From assembly GCA_023485845.1 (NCBI GenBank), contig JAMCZE010000010.1, positions 156,046 through 220,045 on the forward strand: a stretch of 64,000 nt of DNA. Reading direction: 5' to 3'. Shown one piece after another: positions 56,988 through 64,000 of this stretch (positions are counted from its first letter, which is position 1; each line of letters opens with the position of its first letter). Both the position numbers and the translations under genes were made by a program. The notes beneath the pieces were generated by a model that was not told the origin of the DNA, did not search any database, and saw only the letters and a program-made list of their open reading frames with translations. The DNA comes from Patescibacteria group bacterium (GTDB lineage Bacteria; Patescibacteriota; Microgenomatia; JAMCZE01).

Positions 56988-58250
56988 TCATAATTTTATA
57001 ATTTTATCAAATTCCCCTTCATTTTTGAACGGGCCGATGATGGCCAGATTTAGGTTTTTATTTTGGAAAATGTCCCGGGCAACGCGCTGGATGTCGGCAG
57101 CCGTCACCTTGTTGACCTTCTCCAAAATCTCCTCCGGTGTTTCGATTTTATTTAACAACACTTCTTGGGAAGTGTAGAAGGAGGCAACTCGGAAGGAATC
57201 CTCCAGGGCCAGGACCATTTTCCCTTCGGTGTTGTCCTTTGCCCGTTGAAGCTCAACGGCGGAGACAGGCTTGGCGGTCAGCTTACCAAACTCTTCCACA
57301 ATCACCTTGACCGCGTCAGCGGCTTTAGGTAAGCTCACCCCCGCTTGGGCCACCAGATAGCCAACATCATGAAACTCTTCGGCGCTGGAGTGGACATAAT
57401 AGGCCAAACCACGTTTCTCGCGAACCTGTAAAAATAGCCGACTGGACATGTTTCCGCCCAAAATATTATTGAGAACCCCTAGAACATAACGATCGGGATG
57501 ATCGGCCGGATAGGCCCGCACTCCCAAACATAGATGCGCTTGGTCGGTTTTTTTAAAATGCACCAACCTGGCCGGTTTGGTTTGTTGGTCTTTGGCCACG
57601 ACAAATTTATTTTCCTGGCCGGCAGTGACTTCTTCGAAATACTTTCCTACTTTCTTGCTTTCTTGCTCTCCAACTCCCCCGGCAATCCCGACCACAACCG
57701 ATTGGGTGTGATACATTGTGTTAACATAGTCCACCATGTCCCGGCGGGAAATCTCCAGGATATTTTTTTTCTCCCCGGAAATGCGCCGGGCCAGCGGATG
57801 GTTCTGATAGAGCAGTTGCTCGAAAAGTTCCCCCACTCGGGCCTGCGGCTGGTCTTCATACATGTTAATTTCTTCAATAATTACGCCCCGCTCTTTGTTC
57901 ATTTCCCGGCTGTCAAACAGCGAGTTGGTCAGCATGTCCGAGAGGACATCCAGAATTAAATCGCGATGCTCGGCGGCCGCTTTAATGTAGAAGCCGGTGG
58001 TTTCCTTGTCGGTAAACGCGTTGAAACTGCCGCCGATGCCGTCCACCAGCGAGGTGATGGCCAGACTGTTGGGTCGTTTCTTGGTCCCCTTGAAAATCAT
58101 GTGCTCCAAAAAGTGGGAGATGCCGTTATTCTTGGCAGTTTCGTAGCGGCTGCCGGCGGCCACCATAACGAGGGCCGCGACGCTTTTAACCTGGGGCATG
58201 GGAACAGAAATCACCCGCAGTCCGCCGGGCAAAGTCGTTTTTTTAAACAT
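56988..58250 (-). CDS. M16-family (pitrilysin-like) zinc peptidase
   Basis: HFLEHMIFKGT (HxxEH) zinc-binding motif. Confidence 0.85.
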   Translation of the reverse strand: MFKKTTLPGGLRVISVPMPQVKSVAALVMVAAGSRYETAKNNGISHFLEHMIFKGTKKRPNSLAITSLVDGIGGSFNAFTDKETTGFYIKAAAEHRDLILDVLSDMLTNSLFDSREMNKERGVIIEEINMYEDQPQARVGELFEQLLYQNHPLARRISGEKKNILEISRRDMVDYVNTMYHTQSVVVGIAGGVGEQESKKVGKYFEEVTAGQENKFVVAKDQQTKPARLVHFKKTDQAHLCLGVRAYPADHPDRYVLGVLNNILGGNMSSRLFLQVREKRGLAYYVHSSAEEFHDVGYLVAQAGVSLPKAADAVKVIVEEFGKLTAKPVSAVELQRAKDNTEGKMVLALEDSFRVASFYTSQEVLLNKIETPEEILEKVNKVTAADIQRVARDIFQNKNLNLAIIGPFKNEGEFDKIIKL

Positions 58251-58267
58251 GAAGGGATTGTAGCAGA

Positions 58268-58450
58268 TTAACCTTCTTTTGTCTCTGGGCGATTCCTTTT
58301 TTCTCGAGCCCGCCTCTCCACTTCCTCCGCTAACCGCCGGTTAGCTTCTTGTTGCAGTTGGGTCACGTCGCCACGATCAGCTGCCTTTTGTTCCTGCTGT
58401 CTGATCTGTGCTTCTTTAAGTCTTTTTGTTAGTGGTCCAGCCATCATCAC
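58268..58450 (-). CDS. small charged hypothetical protein
   Basis: ORF only. Confidence 0.3.
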   Translation of the reverse strand: MMMAGPLTKRLKEAQIRQQEQKAADRGDVTQLQQEANRRLAEEVERRAREKRNRPETKEG

Positions 58451-60057
58451 ATCCTTTCCAAGGCTTCGATGCCCAAAAGATTTAAGCCGTTTTTTAAAAC
58501 ATCCGCTGTCGTCGCGGTCAATTTCAACCGCAAATCATTGCCCAAAATCGGGCAATTGTTATAGAAATTATTATAGCGCTTCGCCAGTTCAAATAAATAG
58601 GAACAGACTAAATTTGGGGCATATTGCCTAGCCGCCGCCTCCACCACCTCGGGAAAACGGTAGAGATAGCGCAAAAGAGCCAGTTCTTCATTAGTTAGTT
58701 CTCCCGTGATTTTTGCCTTTTGATTTTTGCCTTTTGATTTGCGAAGTACGCTCTGCGCACGAGCAAACGTGTATTGCAAATACGGCCCCGAGTCACCCTG
58801 CAGTTCAAACATTTTCTCCCAATCAAAAACAATGTCGCTTTGGACACCATGTTTTAAGTCAAAATATTTAATCGCCCCAATCCCCACAGCCTGGGCAGCT
58901 TCCTGACTGCCCAATTTAGCCGCCCTGGCAATCGCCTCCTGTAAGATGCCTTCCAATTTTGGTGTGTTTCCTTCTCTGGTCCGGAATCGGCCGCTGGGCC
59001 AGCGGTACATCCCATGGCGAGTGTGGCACAAAATCGCTCCCTGTTTAACATAGCCCAGTTGTCTTGCCACCGCAAAAACCTGACGAAAATGCAGTTCCTG
59101 ATCAACACCCACTTCATAGATCATTATGTCCGGATTCCACTGTTCTTTACGAAATTTTAACGTGGCCAAATCACGAGTGGCGTAAGTGGTTGCCCCATCG
59201 CTTTTAACCAGCATCAGCGGGATTTTAATGCCGGGAATTTCAACCACTCGGGCGCCATCACTTAACTTGGAAATTTTTTGCGCGTCCATAATCACTGCCG
59301 GCATTTTGTCCTCATAGAAACTTTCCCCATAAGCAAAGTCAATCTTCACACCAAGCAGGTCAAAAATCCGGTTAAATTCTTCCATGGAAACATCCACGCA
59401 CTTTTTCCAAAGATTCCGGGCCTTTTTGTCGCCGTCTTCCAGCCGCTTGAACCAGAATCTGGCGGCCGCTTCCATCTGCGGTGTTGACTGCCGGTGAAAT
59501 TCAACGTACCATTTTTCCAAATCATCAATGGTGAAATCGCCCTTTGCCTTCTCGTTAATCATGTAGAGCAGCTTGCCGAATTGGGTTCCCCAGTCGCCCA
59601 GATGGTTGTCACCGATCACTTTGTAGCCCAATGACTGATAAATGTTATAAAGAGCCTGGCCAATGATCGTGGAGCGCAGATGGCCCACGCCAAAACGGCG
59701 GGCAATGTTAGGAGCCGCATAGTCAATCACCACCGTTTTTCCTTTGCCAATTGGCGCGATCTCAATCTTTTGCGCTGCTTCCATTAACGCTGCTGGGGAC
59801 AAGGTGAAGTTAATAAATCCCGGCCCAGCAACACTAGCTTCAAGAGAGGTGGTCTCTTGAAGCTGGACCACAATTTTTTGTGCCACTTCCCGGGGATGGC
59901 CAGTTTTTAACTTCAGGGCAATGTTTGTGGAATAATCGCGGTGCTCCTGGGCTGTCGGGTGTTCCAGCTCAATATCTTCCGGCTTTAGATTAATTTCCGG
60001 GAAAGCTGTTTTCACAGCTTTTAAAACGGCCTGGCGAATGTCATCGGCAATCATCAT
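58447..60057 (-). CDS. argS: arginyl-tRNA synthetase
   Basis: AGPGFINF, the class I HIGH-type region (APNIARRFGVGHLRST), and overall length. Confidence 0.9.
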   Translation of the reverse strand: MMIADDIRQAVLKAVKTAFPEINLKPEDIELEHPTAQEHRDYSTNIALKLKTGHPREVAQKIVVQLQETTSLEASVAGPGFINFTLSPAALMEAAQKIEIAPIGKGKTVVIDYAAPNIARRFGVGHLRSTIIGQALYNIYQSLGYKVIGDNHLGDWGTQFGKLLYMINEKAKGDFTIDDLEKWYVEFHRQSTPQMEAAARFWFKRLEDGDKKARNLWKKCVDVSMEEFNRIFDLLGVKIDFAYGESFYEDKMPAVIMDAQKISKLSDGARVVEIPGIKIPLMLVKSDGATTYATRDLATLKFRKEQWNPDIMIYEVGVDQELHFRQVFAVARQLGYVKQGAILCHTRHGMYRWPSGRFRTREGNTPKLEGILQEAIARAAKLGSQEAAQAVGIGAIKYFDLKHGVQSDIVFDWEKMFELQGDSGPYLQYTFARAQSVLRKSKGKNQKAKITGELTNEELALLRYLYRFPEVVEAAARQYAPNLVCSYLFELAKRYNNFYNNCPILGNDLRLKLTATTADVLKNGLNLLGIEALERM

Positions 60058-60062
60058 ATATA

Positions 60063-61316
60063 TTAAACCACATCAGCCCGCTTTCTTCCAGACCACCCCA
60101 AAATCAATCCCCCTAACAAGAGATAGTAGCCAAAGACAAATGTCAAATCAACCCCGGTTATCTTTAGCAAAAATTCCGGGTGACTGCCAAAGGCATTGAC
60201 CACCCAAAGGAAGAAATCCAGAAGTACGCTCGCCGGCAACATTACCAGCCGAGCTAGATCAATCGATATCACACCCACTAAACCAGTAAAACCACCCAAA
60301 ATCATTAACGGTTCCACCGTCCAGAGGACTAAAACGTTAGTTATGAGTGAAACCAATGAAAAACTGGTGAAAAAAATCAGGATTATTGGGAGCGTGAAGG
60401 TTATGGCCAGAAAACTCTGGAGAAAATTCTCAATAATTAATTGTCTAACGTTTGGCAATTTAATCTTAAGACTGCTAAGAAATATCTGGCTGGCCATGGA
60501 AGTGAAACTCAATAAAAAGCTCGCGCTCACCAGAAGCTCTGGCAGGGCCCATAACATCAGGTAGGCGGCAGTTAACAGGCTCACTAGGCCGGCTTTTTGC
60601 CGCCCAAGGTACTCCCCAAGCAGGGCAACCACCGCCATGATGGTGGCACGCACAATTGGGGGCGCAAACCCGGTTATAGTGCAGTAAAACCCTATCGAAA
60701 TAATAATTAATAGCGCTCTTACTATCTTTGTGGGTCGGAAAGCGTTAATTAACCAAATGACAAAACCCGAAAACAGGCTCACATTCATTCCGGAGGCGGC
60801 CACCACATGGGTTAGGCCAACATTGGCCAACTTAATTTTAAACTGGCGATCCAACCCAATGCTCCCCAAGACAATACCGGACAAAAGCTGGGCTTGATTA
60901 TTAAAAAGGGCCTCGCGGTAGATAGTGGTGAACCGGCCGCGCACCGCCAGGGCCGTTTTCACCCACCAGTTGGGTTCTCGGCTGGCCACCAGTTCCACAG
61001 TAACTTTGGTCAGACAGCTTCCCGAACAGGCCACCGTGCCGCTGGTTTTTAACCGGTCACCATACTGCCAAACCGGGGCCAGCGGCGCGTAGACACGCAT
61101 TTGATCAATCATAAAGACCTGCCGGCCCTGATCCACCGTCGGCTGCTCACCCAGCTCTCCTTCCAGTGTCACCTGTTGGCCGACAACATAAGTGATCCTG
61201 TCAAATTGCCAATAATGCCAGACTCGCAGCAGCAGGGTAACAAAGAGGAAGCTAATAAACAGCCACCGCATCTTTAATCTTATCATAAACTGACTGGCTA
61301 ACAACCTTGCGGTCAA
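60063..61316 (-). CDS. comEC: ComEC/Rec2-family competence channel protein (no metallo-beta-lactamase domain)
   Basis: Competence-domain motif GLTHVVAASGMNVSLF. Multiple TM helices. 417 aa. Confidence 0.7.
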   Translation of the reverse strand: MTARLLASQFMIRLKMRWLFISFLFVTLLLRVWHYWQFDRITYVVGQQVTLEGELGEQPTVDQGRQVFMIDQMRVYAPLAPVWQYGDRLKTSGTVACSGSCLTKVTVELVASREPNWWVKTALAVRGRFTTIYREALFNNQAQLLSGIVLGSIGLDRQFKIKLANVGLTHVVAASGMNVSLFSGFVIWLINAFRPTKIVRALLIIISIGFYCTITGFAPPIVRATIMAVVALLGEYLGRQKAGLVSLLTAAYLMLWALPELLVSASFLLSFTSMASQIFLSSLKIKLPNVRQLIIENFLQSFLAITFTLPIILIFFTSFSLVSLITNVLVLWTVEPLMILGGFTGLVGVISIDLARLVMLPASVLLDFFLWVVNAFGSHPEFLLKITGVDLTFVFGYYLLLGGLILGWSGRKRADVV

Positions 61317-61842
61317 TCAAATCGGAAATACTCTGATAGGGCCGACTAGTAATAATCTTAGTGGCCGTCGCCGGACCGACCCCGGGAAGGGCATCCAGTT
61401 CCTGGGCCGTGGCCGAATTAATATTAATTAAGTTACCTAAGTTATTATTTTGAGATTCCTCCTGCGTCGGAATAAAGATTTTCATCCCGTCAGTTAATCG
61501 TTGAGCTAGATTGATTGATTTAGACACATACATTCGGTCGGCATTCGCTGCCAGTCCTCCTGCGGAAATGAGCACGTCATTGACGCGGGAATCATTTGGC
61601 ATTTCATATAATCCGGGCTTCTCCACCGCTCCAGAGATGTCAATTTTCACTGTTTTTGCTTTTATTACCCCGGCGGACGACGCCACCCCGGTTGAATCTG
61701 ACAAGGTTTCTGATGTTGTTTGGTTCGTTTTGAAATAGTTAATGGTTAAGCCGGCAACCATTAAAATAACACCGGCCCCCGCCATAATTAGGGGAAGAAA
61801 TTTCTTAAGCGGTGACAAAATTGATAATTTTTCCGGGAACAT
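61252..61842 (-). CDS. comEA: ComEA DNA-binding protein (helix-hairpin-helix)
   Basis: INSATAQELDALPGVGPATATKII HhH motif. N-terminal TM. Confidence 0.8.
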   Translation of the reverse strand: MFPEKLSILSPLKKFLPLIMAGAGVILMVAGLTINYFKTNQTTSETLSDSTGVASSAGVIKAKTVKIDISGAVEKPGLYEMPNDSRVNDVLISAGGLAANADRMYVSKSINLAQRLTDGMKIFIPTQEESQNNNLGNLININSATAQELDALPGVGPATATKIITSRPYQSISDLIDRKVVSQSVYDKIKDAVAVY

Positions 61843-63976
61843 AAACAGTCTTGAGAATCTTCTTGCCGGCTAAGTTCTTAGCCACGCGTTCCTGGTTTTG
61901 GGCCATGGCAATCACCTTATCTTCCTTAAGCGCTTCCTTATCATGACTGCCAATCTCCAGCACGGCCCGGGTTTTGCCATTCACACAGACGGCCAGGCGA
62001 ACTGTCTCGATAACTTCCGCTTCTGCTTTGGCCTGCGGCCAGGCTTGCTGATGCACGCTGTCCCTTCTCCCCAGCCGGCTCCACAACTCCTGCGCTAAAT
62101 GAGGAACAAAGGGGGCCAGAATTTTAATGAAGACTTCCCGATCTGCTAAAGACAGTTTAGCACTCTTCTCCCAAAGATTGACAAACTCCATCATCGCCGC
62201 CACCGCCGTGTTAAATTTGAAGCTCTCAATATCCGCGCCGACTTTTTGCACTAATCGGTTCAGAGCAATGGTCAAAGCGTCATCGGTCGGCTTGGGCTCT
62301 TGAACCGAAAGGTTATAGATCCGGTTCACAAACCGATGGACGCCGGCGACGCTGTTGACGTTCCAGGGCTTGTCAACCTCGAACGGAGCCATGAACATCT
62401 CATAGAGGCGCATCGTGTCGGCGCCATATTGTTCGACGACGTCGTCGGGGGTGATCACATTATTCCAGCGCTTACTCATTTTGCGGCTGTCCGGTCCCAG
62501 AATCCAGCCGGGGACTTTCAGGGTCGAAAACGGCTCATCGCCGACGCTTTTGCCCAGATAACCGGCGTCAAAAAGGACCTTCTCAAAAAACCGGGCAAAT
62601 AATAAATGCTGGACGGTGTGCCCGCCGCCGACGTAGGTGTCCACCGGCAGCCATTTTTTAATTTCATTTTTGGCGGCAAACTCTTTCTTATTTCTGGGGT
62701 CAACAAAGCGCAGGAAATACCAGGAGGAGTCTACAAATGTGTCCATGGTGTCCACCTCACGCCGGGCCGGGCCGTGACAATTCGGACAGACAACGCCTCT
62801 CTGAAAGGACGCGGAGCGGCCGATCGGGCTCTCCCCGGTCGGGCGAAAATCCACGTCTGTGGGCAGCCGCACCGGCAGTTCTTCCTCGGGCACCGGTTGC
62901 CATTGGCATTTTTCACACCAGATCATCGGAATCGGCGCCCCCCAATAACGCTGCCTGCTCACTAGCCAATCGCGCAAATGATAGGTCACCGCTTTTTTGC
63001 CATAAACTTGATCCGTAAACTTTGCCTCGACGACCGGCAAATTATGTTTCTTGGCAAAAACCAGATCACGCTGGTCATAAGCCGGCACTCCCATGATCGC
63101 CCCGGTGCCCACCTCGTCAAGAACATATTCATCAACAAAAACGGGGATTTCTTTCTCGGTCGCCGGGTTGGTAACCGTCTTAACCTTGCCGGCCAGCGGA
63201 TGGTTGGGAGAGAGAACAACGAACGCCGCTCCTAAAATCGTTTCCGGCCGGGTAGTGAAAACTTCCACCACCCCAAACTTAATCAGGCTCCCCTCTTTGC
63301 GGCCGATCCAATTTTTTTGCATCAACCTTGTTGATTTTGGCCAGTCAATCCGATCCAAACCCTCAATCAACCGATCGGCGTAGGCAGTGATTTTGAAAAA
63401 CCACTGGTCCAGGTCCTTTTGCACCACCGGTGTGCCGCAGCGCTCACACTTGCCGTCCACCACTTGTTCATTGGCCAGGACCGTTTCGCAAGACGGACAC
63501 CAATTAGCCGGGGCTTTTTTCTTGTAGGCCAAACCCATTTTAAAAAGAAGAATAAAAAGCCACTGAGTCCACTTATAATAGTCAGGGTCGCTGGTGTCGA
63601 TTTCCCGGTCCCAGTCATAGGAAAGGCCGAGCATTTTCAGCTGCTGGCGAAAAGTGTCGATATTTTTGTGTGTGGATTGGTCCGGTGGCACCCCGGTTTT
63701 GATGGCATAGTTTTCCGCCGGCAGCCCAAAAGCATCCCAGCCCATTGGGTGCAGCACCGAAAAACCTTTCATGCGCAGATAGCGGCTGAAAACGTCGGTG
63801 GCGACATAACCCTCCATGTGGCCCACATGCAGCACCGCGCCGGAGGGATAAGGATACATGTCTAAAACATACTTCTTGGGGCGTTCTCCTGTCGGCTCGG
63901 GGGTTCTATCAAGTTTCTTTTTCTTCCACCACGCCTGCCATTTAGGCTCAATCTCCGCCGGATCATATTTCTCCAT
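61805..63976 (-). CDS. leuS: leucyl-tRNA synthetase (short form)
   Basis: HVGHMEGY (HIGH-type motif), KMSKR (KMSKS-like motif), WIGRKEGS LeuRS-specific region. Confidence 0.9.
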   Translation of the reverse strand: MEKYDPAEIEPKWQAWWKKKKLDRTPEPTGERPKKYVLDMYPYPSGAVLHVGHMEGYVATDVFSRYLRMKGFSVLHPMGWDAFGLPAENYAIKTGVPPDQSTHKNIDTFRQQLKMLGLSYDWDREIDTSDPDYYKWTQWLFILLFKMGLAYKKKAPANWCPSCETVLANEQVVDGKCERCGTPVVQKDLDQWFFKITAYADRLIEGLDRIDWPKSTRLMQKNWIGRKEGSLIKFGVVEVFTTRPETILGAAFVVLSPNHPLAGKVKTVTNPATEKEIPVFVDEYVLDEVGTGAIMGVPAYDQRDLVFAKKHNLPVVEAKFTDQVYGKKAVTYHLRDWLVSRQRYWGAPIPMIWCEKCQWQPVPEEELPVRLPTDVDFRPTGESPIGRSASFQRGVVCPNCHGPARREVDTMDTFVDSSWYFLRFVDPRNKKEFAAKNEIKKWLPVDTYVGGGHTVQHLLFARFFEKVLFDAGYLGKSVGDEPFSTLKVPGWILGPDSRKMSKRWNNVITPDDVVEQYGADTMRLYEMFMAPFEVDKPWNVNSVAGVHRFVNRIYNLSVQEPKPTDDALTIALNRLVQKVGADIESFKFNTAVAAMMEFVNLWEKSAKLSLADREVFIKILAPFVPHLAQELWSRLGRRDSVHQQAWPQAKAEAEVIETVRLAVCVNGKTRAVLEIGSHDKEALKEDKVIAMAQNQERVAKNLAGKKILKTVYVPGKIINFVTA

Positions 63977-64000
63977 AATCTTGATGCTTGCTTGACTAAC

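Overview
The window has two compositionally distinct parts. Positions 1 to about 19200 are an AT-rich accessory or mobile region (GC content judged by eye) with no ribosome-binding sites evident. It starts with a partial DNA primase gene (zf-CHC2 zinc finger) that runs off the left edge. Two small ORFs are translationally coupled to the primase. The region holds three identical 545-bp IS200/IS605 copies, one of which appears to split a gene. It holds a head-to-tail dimer of a 1175-bp IS3-family element whose abutted ends create a TTGACA-17-TAAAAT promoter. It holds an arsR-arsD-arsA operon with no ArsB or Acr3 gene; instead there are two cysteine-bearing small proteins. It also holds a membrane-anchored trypsin-like protease next to a 337-aa unknown protein, an XRE regulator beside a membrane-protein plus HD-hydrolase pair, a HEPN-like protein, two NUDIX genes, and several sets of direct repeats that bracket gene blocks. 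From about 19200 onward the GC content is higher and the genes are housekeeping. They include trmH, two P-type ATPases, ABC transporter genes, rnhB, secE-nusG-rplK-rplA-rplJ-rplL, an F-type ATP synthase cluster, mreB, tRNA-Arg, tRNA-Pro, ndk, argS, comEC/comEA and leuS. The gene content (short LeuRS, ComEC without an MBL domain, many small unknown proteins) looks like a reduced-genome bacterium, possibly a CPR/Patescibacteria member. Several oddities sit in this backbone. A perfect 20-22-bp palindrome, CCTGCCTGCCGGCAGGCAGG, lies in-frame inside three unrelated genes, including rplA and rplJ, and always encodes LPAGR. An IS200-like (RAYT-type) Y1 transposase is flanked by 31-bp hairpin-containing direct repeats. 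A near-identical copy of that repeat lies inside argS. The ATP synthase cluster has no a-subunit gene, and a 254-aa c-subunit-like protein with a long N-terminal extension sits in the atpE position. An octanucleotide microsatellite lies inside a PEGA/TolB-like gene. I found no CRISPR array, no rRNA gene and no reverse transcriptase.
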